This document shows, one piece after another, positions 10,753-21,726 of a stretch of DNA of 64,000 bases. The stretch comes from an uncultured Hyphomicrobiales bacterium (GTDB lineage Bacteria; Pseudomonadota; Alphaproteobacteria; Rhizobiales; TMED25): the NCBI GenBank assembly GCA_905181735.1, contig CAJIYR010000008.1:154214-218213 (forward strand). The letters run 5' to 3'. The translations under genes and the position numbers were made by a program. Within the stretch, counting starts at the first letter, position 1, and each line of letters starts with the position of its first letter. The notes beneath the pieces were generated by a model. That model was not told the DNA's origin, did not search any database, and worked only from the letters and a program-made list of their open reading frames with translations.

Positions 10753-11316
10753 ATGAGAATACTTACCGGTACAGCAAAAGGTATAAAATTAAAAACGATA
10801 AATGATAATTCAATTAGACCAACAACAGATCGAACAAAAGAATCTTTATTTAACATATTGGAACATAATTCAGTATATAAAAAAATAGAAAAAAAGAGAG
10901 TTTTAGATCTTTTCTCAGGAACAGGATCTCTTGGTATAGAAGCACTGTCTCGTGGGGCTGAATACTGTCTATTCGTAGATAATGATCATAAATCCAATAC
11001 TCTCATTGAAGAAAATTTAAAGGCGTGCAATCTTATATCAAAGGCCAAAATTATACGAAAAGACATTAAAATTTTTAAAAAAATGAGTTCATTTGGTGTT
11101 TTTGATATAATCTTTGCCGATCCACCATATAATATGAACTACAGTGACTTAATTATTAGACTATCCATTGAAGAAGGTCTTCTTAAGAAAAATGGGTTTA
11201 TTGTAATAGAAGAAAGTAAGAATGTATCTATAAACTGGCCAAATAATTATAAAATTATAACTGAGCGCGTCTATGCAAAAACAAAAATACATATTGCTAT
11301 GTTAAAGGAATTATAA
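10753..11316 (+). CDS. rsmD: 16S rRNA (guanine966-N2)-methyltransferase RsmD
   Basis: SAM motif DLFSGTGSLGIEALSRGA and FADPPY. 187 aa. Confidence 0.85.
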   Translation: MRILTGTAKGIKLKTINDNSIRPTTDRTKESLFNILEHNSVYKKIEKKRVLDLFSGTGSLGIEALSRGAEYCLFVDNDHKSNTLIEENLKACNLISKAKIIRKDIKIFKKMSSFGVFDIIFADPPYNMNYSDLIIRLSIEEGLLKKNGFIVIEESKNVSINWPNNYKIITERVYAKTKIHIAMLKEL

Positions 11317-11332
11317 AAATTTTATAATATTT

Positions 11333-11350
11333 ATAGAACGAACGTTCTAT
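11333..11350. terminator. short palindromic hairpin between convergent rsmD and the DUF3035 gene (weak candidate bidirectional terminator)
   Basis: ATAGAACGAACGTTCTAT is a near-perfect palindrome with AT-rich flanks. There is no long T tract. Confidence 0.25.
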
Positions 11351-11354
11351 TTAT

Positions 11355-12131
11355 TTAAAATATACCAAAACCGCCCATAAGACCACCCATAAGACCTTTT
11401 AATAACGTTGTTTGTTTGTCAATAGGAGGGATTTCTCTATTAATATTCTCAGGTATATCAGAATTTTTATTTAACACGTCTTCGGATCTGATGTCATATT
11501 TTAGGATAGCGTTGTTGTTAACAATATTAGTTTTATTGCGCAATCTTTCTAATGTTAATTTATTAAGATTAACCTCCTCTACTTCAGGTTGAAGTGTATT
11601 ATTTTTAGCGCTATTCTCAAGTGGGATATTTATGACCACAGTCTCCAAAGTCTTCAGTCTTTCTACTTCTCCATAGGTGTCGAGTACTTCAGAATTCTCC
11701 TTTTTTAACCTAATCAAATAATCTGCTAGGCTCTCATTTTTTTCAACAATACCCGCTTCAAGTAACAGCTCTTCCTTTATACGAGGATTTGCATAGGCAA
11801 CATTAGCTTTTTTTAATATGCTTTGTTCACCTAATGACAACTCGGAATTGCTACTTTCTGATTTTAAAATATAAGTTCTTGCAGTATCATCTGGTTCTTT
11901 CTCAGATATCCCCTTGACCCCTTCTTTTGGAGGCCTTAATTCATAATCTGGTGGCATAATAAGAGGTGCCTTTGTTACTGTCATAAACTCATCCGGGGCC
12001 CTTTGTTTAAAATCTCTATTATCCATAACTGTTAACACTGTATCTTTTAGAGAACCACCTGCACAACCTGTTAATAATAAAAGAATAACAATCAGTAGAG
12101 TATTTTTATTTATAAAATTCATTGCAAACAC
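11355..12131 (-). CDS. DUF3035-like lipoprotein
   Basis: Lipobox LLLTGCAGG and an APDEFMTVTKAPLIMPPDYELRPP motif. It sits directly downstream of lspA, as is typical in Alphaproteobacteria. Confidence 0.7.
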   Translation of the reverse strand: MFAMNFINKNTLLIVILLLLTGCAGGSLKDTVLTVMDNRDFKQRAPDEFMTVTKAPLIMPPDYELRPPKEGVKGISEKEPDDTARTYILKSESSNSELSLGEQSILKKANVAYANPRIKEELLLEAGIVEKNESLADYLIRLKKENSEVLDTYGEVERLKTLETVVINIPLENSAKNNTLQPEVEEVNLNKLTLERLRNKTNIVNNNAILKYDIRSEDVLNKNSDIPENINREIPPIDKQTTLLKGLMGGLMGGFGIF

Positions 12132-12152
12132 TTGTTAACCTTATTAATTTTT

Positions 12153-12647
12153 TTATTCAAATTTATTTTTGATGTTAGGATAAAAATTTATTATTATCAA
12201 TAAAAACACACCAAAAACTATACACATATCTGCTATATTGAACACATACCAACTGTAACCATATGCATGCAAGTGATAGAAATCAGCAACCGCTCCAAAC
12301 AATAATCTATCGGTAGCATTAGATAAAGCTCCTCCAACTATTAAGGACAAGGGCATGTAACATAAAAAATTTTTTTCTTTAAAAATCCATATAACTAAAA
12401 AAATACAAATCAGACAAGAGAGTATGGTTAAAAATATTTTCCCTATTTCACTTTCTTGTTGGAACAAACCATAACTAATACCCCTATTCCAAACCAAAAC
12501 TATATCTAAAAAAGAAGTTACCTCTATAATTGAGCTCTCATCAATACCAATCTCATTTATAAAAAAATACTTATTCAATCTATCTATTAAATAAGCTGTC
12601 AATATTAAGATAAGAGAAAAAAATAATTTTCTTTTACTAAAATCCAT
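12153..12647 (-). CDS. lspA: lipoprotein signal peptidase (signal peptidase II)
   Basis: Four TM segments with NRGISYG and FNIAD catalytic-Asp motifs. Follows ileS. Confidence 0.9.
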   Translation of the reverse strand: MDFSKRKLFFSLILILTAYLIDRLNKYFFINEIGIDESSIIEVTSFLDIVLVWNRGISYGLFQQESEIGKIFLTILSCLICIFLVIWIFKEKNFLCYMPLSLIVGGALSNATDRLLFGAVADFYHLHAYGYSWYVFNIADMCIVFGVFLLIIINFYPNIKNKFE

Positions 12648-12648
12648 A

Positions 12649-15612
12649 TTATTTTTGTCTATTTAAATTCATATATTCGCGCACTGCTTCTGCATCTCTT
12701 TTTGACAAATCAGGAAATTCCGTATCCATTCCCACATCAACAAGAATCTTCCATGATCTAGCGCATTTTTTACCTTTAGCTAATTTTGATACAACACCAA
12801 TACCTGGAATATCATCAATAGAAAATGAAGTCTGTGGTTTAATATCATAAATTAATGTAGCGCTACTTGTGATACAAATTTCAGCCAAATCAATACCTTG
12901 GATTGAATCAATTATGTCACTGTCTGTTACATAAATATCTGGATTGGCTTCTAGGCTTGATCCTATCCTCTTTTCGCGCCTTTCAATCTCTAACGCACCA
13001 GTAACAACACGTCTTAATTTACGGATACTCTCCCACTTTTTATCAAGATTATCATCGTACCAAGTTTTTGATATATCATTAAATATCTCTAAATGGATGG
13101 ATCCATTTTCATCTCCGTACCTACTTGACCAAACTTCTTCCATTGTAAAACAAAGAATGGGTGCGTATAATTTTGTTAATCGCGTAAATATTTCATTAAT
13201 AACAGCTAATGCTGACTTCCTCGTTTCACTTGATACAGGATCACAATAGAGAGAATCTTTTCTTATATCAAAATAAAATGCTGATAAATCTTGAGTAGAA
13301 AAATAGAAAAGTAAGCTTGCAACTTTTTTAAAATCATAAACCCGATAAGCTTCACTAACCTGATTTTGTAGAACTGCTAATCTATGCAGCATGTACTTTT
13401 CTAATTCTGGTAAGTTCTTATAGTCTAAATCATATTTTTCATCGAAATGAAATAAGACACCCAACATCCATCTTAATGTATTTCTTATTTTTCTGTATGA
13501 ATCAACGTTGGATTTTAATATTTCATCACCAATTCTTTGATCATCAGCATAATCCGTAGAACTTACCCAAAGGCGCAGTATGTCCGCTCCATATCTTTCA
13601 ATTATGTCTTGCGGCGATATAACATTACCTGTAGATTTTGACATTTTCTTACCATTTTTATCCATAGTAAAACCATGGGTTAGGATAGCCTTATAGGGCG
13701 CCCGACCTCTTGTAATAGAGCTTTCTAGAAGTGAAGAATGAAACCAACCTCTATGCTGATCACTACCTTCAAGATAAAGATCCGCAGGCCAAGACAATTC
13801 CGGTCTAGCTTCCAGAACAAAAGCGTGCGTAGTACCCGATTCAAACCAAACGTCCAGGATATCATCAACCTTTATCCAATCTTCAATATTATCAACTAAA
13901 TCTATCAAAAATCTTTTCTTTGCTCCCTCTTCAAACCATGAATTTGCACCTTCAGATTCAAATACAGTTACAATTCTATCTATCAATTTCTTAGAATTTA
14001 TAAATCCGTCGTTCGGTATACATTCACCTGTTTTATTGTTTACAAATACTGATATTGGCACACCCCATGAGCGCTGTCTTGATAGAACCCAATCCGGTCT
14101 ATTCTCAATCATTGCTTTAAGTCTATTTTTTCCTGATTTAGGGTAAAATTCTGTATCATTAATTGCGTTTAGAGCTAATTCTCTAAGGCCGTCTTTTTTT
14201 GAATCTTGCATTGAAATGAACCACTGTGGTGTATTTCTAAATATCACAGGTTTTTTAGATCTCCATGAGTGTGGATATTGATGTTTAAATCTTTGGCTAG
14301 CAATAATTGATTTAGCTTGAATTAATTTTGCTATCACTTCCTTGTTTGCGTTTCCTTTTTCACCATTCTTTCCTATTACAAATACATCCTTAAAACCTGG
14401 AGCATCTTCTGTGAACACGCCATCTTCTGAAACAGTATATGGAATAGTATGATCAATATTCATATCGTTTATTAATTTTTTATTTGTCATCCAAATTTCA
14501 AAATCATCAACTCCATGCCCTGGAGCAGTATGAACAAACCCCGTACCAGTATCATCTGTCACGTGATCTCCATTTAGCAATGGAATATCAAATTCATAGC
14601 CACCGAGATCACTTCTCGAGAAAGGATGGGAACACACAATATTTGAAATATCATCAGAACTAATATCATACAATTTGCGGATTTTTTGTACCCTAGATGC
14701 TTCCATTACATTCGATGACAGTTTATTTGCAATAATGAATTTTTCTCCTTTTGTCGCCCAGTTATCATCTGGAGCCTCTTCAATTACATACAACCCATAA
14801 TCAATTAAAGACGAGTAAGTTATCGCTCTATTTCCTGGTATCGTCCATGGTGTTGTAGTCCATATAACTAGAGATGCCTCGGCTAAATCTTTTTTCTTTT
14901 CATCACTAAGCTTAACTGGGGGTAAAAATCGATTAATCTTAAACTTTACCCAAATCGCATCAGAAGTATAATCATGGTATTCAACCTCTGCTTCAGCAAG
15001 TGCTGTTTTTTCAACAACAGACCACATTATTGGCTTTGACCCTTGGTACAAAGCGCCACTCATAGCTATTTTTAACAATTCATTTGCTATGGCGGATTCA
15101 GATGAAAATTTCATTGTTGTGTAAGGATTCTCCCAATCACCAATAATTCCTAATCTTTTAAATTCTTCTCGTTGTATCTCTACCCAATGAGCTGCAAACG
15201 CTCTACACTCATCTCTAAATTCATTAATAGGGATACTATCCTTATCTATATTTTTCTCTCTGTACTTTTCTTCAACTTTCCATTCAATTGGTAACCCGTG
15301 ACAGTCCCAACCAGGAACATAACAAACATCAAAATTCATCATCTGTTGTGATCTAATAACCAAGTCTTTAAGTATTTTATTTAAAGCGTGACCTATGTGT
15401 AAATTCCCATTTGCATATGGAGGGCCATCATGAAGAACGAATTGTTCTCTCCCAGCAGATATCTTCCTTGCTTTATCAAATATTCTTTTATCGTTCCATT
15501 TCGATAGAATATTAGGTTCTGTTTTAGGCAACCCCGCCCTCATGGGAAAATCTGTTTGAGGGAGAAGAAGAGTTTCTGCCCAATTTTGTTCGTTATCTTT
15601 GTTGTTATTCAT
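12649..15612 (-). CDS. ileS: isoleucine--tRNA ligase
   Basis: 987 aa with class I motifs HIGHALNK and KMSKS (KKMSKSTGN), and a C-terminal Zn-finger-like region. Confidence 0.97.
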   Translation of the reverse strand: MNNNKDNEQNWAETLLLPQTDFPMRAGLPKTEPNILSKWNDKRIFDKARKISAGREQFVLHDGPPYANGNLHIGHALNKILKDLVIRSQQMMNFDVCYVPGWDCHGLPIEWKVEEKYREKNIDKDSIPINEFRDECRAFAAHWVEIQREEFKRLGIIGDWENPYTTMKFSSESAIANELLKIAMSGALYQGSKPIMWSVVEKTALAEAEVEYHDYTSDAIWVKFKINRFLPPVKLSDEKKKDLAEASLVIWTTTPWTIPGNRAITYSSLIDYGLYVIEEAPDDNWATKGEKFIIANKLSSNVMEASRVQKIRKLYDISSDDISNIVCSHPFSRSDLGGYEFDIPLLNGDHVTDDTGTGFVHTAPGHGVDDFEIWMTNKKLINDMNIDHTIPYTVSEDGVFTEDAPGFKDVFVIGKNGEKGNANKEVIAKLIQAKSIIASQRFKHQYPHSWRSKKPVIFRNTPQWFISMQDSKKDGLRELALNAINDTEFYPKSGKNRLKAMIENRPDWVLSRQRSWGVPISVFVNNKTGECIPNDGFINSKKLIDRIVTVFESEGANSWFEEGAKKRFLIDLVDNIEDWIKVDDILDVWFESGTTHAFVLEARPELSWPADLYLEGSDQHRGWFHSSLLESSITRGRAPYKAILTHGFTMDKNGKKMSKSTGNVISPQDIIERYGADILRLWVSSTDYADDQRIGDEILKSNVDSYRKIRNTLRWMLGVLFHFDEKYDLDYKNLPELEKYMLHRLAVLQNQVSEAYRVYDFKKVASLLFYFSTQDLSAFYFDIRKDSLYCDPVSSETRKSALAVINEIFTRLTKLYAPILCFTMEEVWSSRYGDENGSIHLEIFNDISKTWYDDNLDKKWESIRKLRRVVTGALEIERREKRIGSSLEANPDIYVTDSDIIDSIQGIDLAEICITSSATLIYDIKPQTSFSIDDIPGIGVVSKLAKGKKCARSWKILVDVGMDTEFPDLSKRDAEAVREYMNLNRQK

Positions 15613-15685
15613 AATTTAAATATAACCTATAATTTAATTCCTATACATTGGCATTTAACCTATAAAAGTTCGTTAACAAAAAAAA

Positions 15686-16627
15686 TTATTCATAATTTTT
15701 TAGTATTGCTAAAGCTTTTGAACAGTCTAAAGACATTTGAAGTCTTAAGTCTTCAGATTTATCAAAATACTGGTCACCTCTTAAGAAAGAAATAAACTCT
15801 ACTTTAACAAGACTATCATACAAATCTTCATCGAAATCAAATAAGAATGTTTCTAATAAAATATTTTTTCCGTCATAAGTCGGCCTGTCACCATAATAAG
15901 ATATGGATTTATACTTTTTATCATCTATGAATACAAATGTTGCATATATTCCTGGTAATAAGATTATTCCATCATCTAGTTCCATATTAATTGTTGGAAA
16001 ACCCAGATCCCTTCCTCTTTTATCACCGCTGATAACCTTTCCAGAAACAGACCAATTATAACCAAGTGTCTTTGCCGCTGATTCAATATTACCATTAGCG
16101 ATATCCTCTCTAATACGAGTTGAGGAATATAGAGTATTTTTATTATCAGTTTCAGGATCAACTACACTTAATCCAATGCTATGAGAATTGCATAATTCTC
16201 TTAAAGTGTCTATGTTACCAATTCTTCTTGATCCAAATTTAAAATTCCAGCCTACAACGAGATGCCCTACATTCAATCCTCCGATAAGAACTTCTTCAAC
16301 AAATTCTTGTGGTAACATTTTAGACAATTGTTCATTAAAAATTATTTCATAAATAACGCCAATACCCATCTTACTAATTATTTCAGATTGTTGTTGGCTA
16401 TTTGTAAGTTGAAAAAAGCTATTCTCTGGTTGAAAAAATTTTTTAGGGTGAGGAGCAAATGTCATAACCCCCGGAAATACGTTTAACTCATATGCTAATT
16501 TTATAGTTTCTTTTAGAAGCACTCTGTGTCCCAGATGAACGCCATCAAAGTTGCCTAAAGCAACAACCCCCCCTTGCAGTCTTTTTGGTATATTTTTATA
16601 ACTATTAATTATTTCCATAGCTACCAT
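15686..16627 (-). CDS. ribF: bifunctional riboflavin kinase / FAD synthetase
   Basis: ALGNFDGVHLGH, GFPTINMEL and LETFLFDFDEDLY motifs. Conserved ribF-ileS-lspA order. Confidence 0.92.
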   Translation of the reverse strand: MVAMEIINSYKNIPKRLQGGVVALGNFDGVHLGHRVLLKETIKLAYELNVFPGVMTFAPHPKKFFQPENSFFQLTNSQQQSEIISKMGIGVIYEIIFNEQLSKMLPQEFVEEVLIGGLNVGHLVVGWNFKFGSRRIGNIDTLRELCNSHSIGLSVVDPETDNKNTLYSSTRIREDIANGNIESAAKTLGYNWSVSGKVISGDKRGRDLGFPTINMELDDGIILLPGIYATFVFIDDKKYKSISYYGDRPTYDGKNILLETFLFDFDEDLYDSLVKVEFISFLRGDQYFDKSEDLRLQMSLDCSKALAILKNYE

Positions 16628-17511
16628 TCGAATTTTTCTTGTATCGCAATCGGCAATTTAATATCCGGATAAAACTCCGACATATAATTATTAAAATCTC
16701 TTTTTGAGAATGAATTGTTATTATATTTTTTGTTTAGTTCATTCTTGTGCACACCATCCATTATAAAAAAAGAATCGATACCAAAATTACTAGCTCCCAA
16801 TATATCTGTTTTTAAACCGTCTCCGATTGCAAGAATTTCTGATTTCTTTACTTTAAAATTATTATTTCTATTAACTTCTTCAATTGCATGTTGGTATATA
16901 TATTCAAATGGTTTTCCAAAATATTTAACCTGACCACCTTTATCTGCATAATACTTAGCCAACGAACCAGCGCATAAAATTGTCTTACCTTCTCTAATAA
17001 CCGTTAAGTCTGGATTTGCACAATGCATAACGATTTTTTTATTCAAGAATAAATTAAAAAGATCATTGTAGTCATCCAATACATCTGTTTCATCATCATA
17101 TAAACCAGTACATAATACAGATTGGCAATTTTCTGAATTACTAAAGTTTATGTCAAGATCTAAGAAAATAGGCTTATCTCTTTCTGGGCCAAGATGATAC
17201 AATGCTATTTTATTTAAACTCTGAAGCCAAAATCTTGTTACATCCCCTGATGAAATAATTAGATTATAAGAATTTTTATTAAGACCCATCTGATTAAGCT
17301 GCCTTGCAACATCGATTGATGGTCTTGGTGCATTGGTTATTAAAACAACATAACCTCCCGATTTAGAATATTTTAATAAAGATTGAACTGCATTCTCAAA
17401 CAGATGCTTACCATTATGCAAAACACCCCAGATATCACATAGAATAACCTTATATTTCGTCGATATTTCTGCAATGTCTATATTATCTGAAAATATGTCG
17501 TTCATGTGCAT
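16621..17511 (-). CDS. HAD-superfamily class IIA hydrolase (TIGR01459-like)
   Basis: ILCDIWGVLHNG (HAD motif I), ITNAPR and AIGDGLKTDILGA motifs. Confidence 0.75.
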   Translation of the reverse strand: MHMNDIFSDNIDIAEISTKYKVILCDIWGVLHNGKHLFENAVQSLLKYSKSGGYVVLITNAPRPSIDVARQLNQMGLNKNSYNLIISSGDVTRFWLQSLNKIALYHLGPERDKPIFLDLDINFSNSENCQSVLCTGLYDDETDVLDDYNDLFNLFLNKKIVMHCANPDLTVIREGKTILCAGSLAKYYADKGGQVKYFGKPFEYIYQHAIEEVNRNNNFKVKKSEILAIGDGLKTDILGASNFGIDSFFIMDGVHKNELNKKYNNNSFSKRDFNNYMSEFYPDIKLPIAIQEKFEW

Positions 17512-17619
17512 TAATCTTTTTAATTATTAATATAATTCATAATCATTTAACAGCTTTTTATAAAGCAATAAATATATTTATGTTATATTAAATGATAAAA
17601 AATAATATAAACAAATATA

Positions 17620-17648
17620 TTGACATTTACGCTACCAATACATATATA
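17620..17648 (+). promoter_or_regulatory. candidate sigma70-type promoter of groESL
   Basis: TTGACA (17620-17625), a 17-nt spacer, then TATATA (17643-17648). It lies immediately upstream of the CIRCE dyad. Confidence 0.45.
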
Positions 17649-17659
17649 GATTGTAACTG

Positions 17660-17686
17660 TTATCACTCCATAATTATGAGTGATAA
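17660..17686 (+). promoter_or_regulatory. CIRCE-like HrcA operator
   Basis: TTATCACTC-N9-GAGTGATAA against the consensus TTAGCACTC-N9-GAGTGCTAA. The single change per arm is symmetric, so the perfect 9-bp dyad is kept. The element ends 33 nt upstream of the groES ATG. Confidence 0.7.
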
Positions 17687-17718
17687 TTACATTTTAACAA
17701 TTAAAATTGGAGATAAAC

Positions 17719-18006
17719 ATGAGCTTTCGACCATTGCATGACCGCGTACTTGTACGTCGTGTAGATGAAGAAGAAAAAACTTTAGGTGGAATTATAATTC
17801 CTGACACAGCAAAAGAGAAACCTAGCCAAGGTGAAGTAATATCTATTGGCCCTGGTGCTCTTGATGAAAACGGTAAAAGAGTTGCGTTAGATGTAGCAGC
17901 TGGTGATCGGGTTCTATTTGGAAAATGGTCAGGAACTGAAGTAAAAGTTGATAATGAAGATCTTTTAATAATGAAAGAATCTGACATTATGGGCATTATT
18001 TCATAA
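17719..18006 (+). CDS. groES: co-chaperonin GroES
   Basis: [14 protein letters not shown]...[28 protein letters not shown] lies 6 nt upstream of the ATG at 17719. Confidence 0.97.
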   Translation: MSFRPLHDRVLVRRVDEEEKTLGGIIIPDTAKEKPSQGEVISIGPGALDENGKRVALDVAAGDRVLFGKWSGTEVKVDNEDLLIMKESDIMGIIS

Positions 18007-18053
18007 ATTATGATCGTTTTCTCTAAAGATTATTTTAATCATATTAAATTTAA

Positions 18054-19751
<1,698 letters not shown>

Positions 19752-19783
19752 AAATCGTTTAACCAATCCAATCAGTAAATATA

Positions 19784-19816
19784 AAAAATCCCTCGTTTGT
19801 ATGAGGGATTTTTTTT
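19784..19816. terminator. bidirectional rho-independent terminator (groEL / hisG)
   Basis: AAAAAATCCCTC-gtttgtat-GAGGGATTTTTTTT: a 7-bp GC-containing stem flanked by an A-run and a T-run. Confidence 0.75.
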
Positions 19817-20564
19817 AACTTAAATTCTCTAAAAAATCCTTTTGACTATCTTTGTCTATATTTATTTGCATTGATATTTTACCAAACAACTCTTCGAGAT
19901 ATTTTTTCTTATTTACAGTCCATTTAGCATTTACACTCACGAACAAACAGGATTCACTTTTTAAGATAGTTCCGTCAACCAATGTCTTTAACTCATTGGC
20001 TAAAAGAGTTGACCCAGTACTTGTAATGTCAATAATTGCTTCTGCTGAACCGTAGGCAGGAGACCCTTCAGTTGCACCAAGACTCTCAACTAACAAATAA
20101 TCCGCAAAACCTTTTTTAGAAAAGAATTCTCTTGAGATATTTGGATATTTCGTTGCTATTCTAAGTCTTCTTTTATTAGCCATCCTAAATTTAAAGGCAA
20201 TGTCATCCAGGTCGATTATACTATCAACATCAATCCATGAAATTGGAATAGCAACTACGACATCCGCAAATCCATAATCAAGTTTTGCAAGACATTTAAC
20301 ATGTTTATCGGCCTGATAAATGTTTTCGTAAATTAAATCTAGTCCCGTTATCCCAATGTCAATAGTGCCTGCATTTAATTCCATTGATATTTCCCTTGGT
20401 GATAAAAATACAACATCGACATTGTCTATTCCATCCATCTTTCCATAATATTCCCTGTCACCATGATTTCTAATAATTTCTAGTCCTGATTTCATAAATA
20501 AATTAAATGTTTTTTCTTGCAATCTTCCTTTATTAGGAATTCCTATAATTATCTTATCAGACAT
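19815..20564 (-). CDS. hisG: ATP phosphoribosyltransferase, short (HisZ-dependent) form
   Basis: IIIGIPNKGRL N-terminus, no long-form C-terminal regulatory domain, and adjacency to hisZ. Confidence 0.88.
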   Translation of the reverse strand: MSDKIIIGIPNKGRLQEKTFNLFMKSGLEIIRNHGDREYYGKMDGIDNVDVVFLSPREISMELNAGTIDIGITGLDLIYENIYQADKHVKCLAKLDYGFADVVVAIPISWIDVDSIIDLDDIAFKFRMANKRRLRIATKYPNISREFFSKKGFADYLLVESLGATEGSPAYGSAEAIIDITSTGSTLLANELKTLVDGTILKSESCLFVSVNAKWTVNKKKYLEELFGKISMQINIDKDSQKDFLENLS

Positions 20565-21726
20565 AGTTACCTCCTGCCATCAACAAGCGATCCATATAGA
20601 TAGAACAACCGACTGCAGGCACTCTGATAGGTGATCCTAAGTCAGTAAAAAAATTATCATACCTTCCACCTATAGCTATTGGTCCAAGATCTTCGATTGT
20701 GTTTGATCTTATTTCAAAAATTAAACCTGTATAATATTCAATGCGCCTACCTAATGACGCTTGGAATACTACTCCATTTAATAATGGCCTGTATTCGTTT
20801 AATAATTTAAACCTTCTATCAAGAGATTCTATTTGCTGCTCTAAATCTAAATTATACGACTTTGCAAAAGAAGTTAAATTTTCTAACGCAAGAGAAGCAG
20901 GGCAAGTAATTGATAAAAATTCCGATAACATAGATGGTATTTTTTTATCAATTTCTTGGTTATCTATAATCTCTTTTTTTTCAATATAATTATTGATTAT
21001 ATCTTCAGGATTTCTTCCACCAAAAACATTTAATTTATCAAAGCCAGCAATGCTACTAATCAGATCTTTATTTGCAGAGTTATCTTTTCTGTTTTTTATT
21101 TTACTTAAAATGCTTTTATCTGCATTTATTACCACATGAGAATTATTATTAAGATTAGAGATAATATCATTAGACCCTCTCCAAAAAAGTCTTTTTATTT
21201 TATCTTTATAGGAAGCGCTTGTTTTTATTTGATCTAATATAGAATAAAAAATCGAGACATCGCCCAATAGTAATTTATAGTCCCTAAAATTTACTTCGTC
21301 TAAAACATTTAATGTATTTTTTAGTACGGAAATATCAGTCCCTAAAGAATCTTTTGATCCAAAATCTTCAATTCCAATCTGCCTAAATTCAGGACACGTA
21401 CGACTTATTTCTCTTGAGGTAGGAAATCTAAAAGCAAAACCATCGTATACGTATTTCATTGTATCAAGTTTATTGCTTTTTATTCTTTCTAATACTAGCG
21501 GTAGCGTAAAATCTGGTCTCAAACAATATTCCTTACCATCGGGAGATGGAGCAACTAATAACCTCCTTCTTATATCTTCTCCCATATGATTAACAACGGT
21601 TTCCGCAGGTATAACCATATTTGGTTGAATTAGAACAAATCCCTTGTCAGTAAAATATTGCGTAATATTATTGGGATCAATATTAGTTGATAATTCAGTA
21701 TTTTTTATCATTTTCTTTGTACCCAT
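20557..21726 (-). CDS. hisZ: ATP phosphoribosyltransferase regulatory subunit
   Basis: HisRS-like catalytic core (RPDFTLPL, GGRYDNF) without an anticodon-binding domain. It sits between hisS and hisG. The start may be the internal MIKNTEL. Confidence 0.8.
   Translation of the reverse strand: MGTKKMIKNTELSTNIDPNNITQYFTDKGFVLIQPNMVIPAETVVNHMGEDIRRRLLVAPSPDGKEYCLRPDFTLPLVLERIKSNKLDTMKYVYDGFAFRFPTSREISRTCPEFRQIGIEDFGSKDSLGTDISVLKNTLNVLDEVNFRDYKLLLGDVSIFYSILDQIKTSASYKDKIKRLFWRGSNDIISNLNNNSHVVINADKSILSKIKNRKDNSANKDLISSIAGFDKLNVFGGRNPEDIINNYIEKKEIIDNQEIDKKIPSMLSEFLSITCPASLALENLTSFAKSYNLDLEQQIESLDRRFKLLNEYRPLLNGVVFQASLGRRIEYYTGLIFEIRSNTIEDLGPIAIGGRYDNFFTDLGSPIRVPAVGCSIYMDRLLMAGGNYV

Noticed and set aside
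11335-11345. The 11-mer AGAACGAACGT, which is shared in reverse complement with 45060-45070. I considered it as a possible common operator.
   Set aside because: There are only two copies, found post hoc, in functionally unrelated contexts (a convergent gene end versus the tusA/fdhD spacer). It does not match the spacing of the alphaproteobacterial LexA box or any other operator I know.
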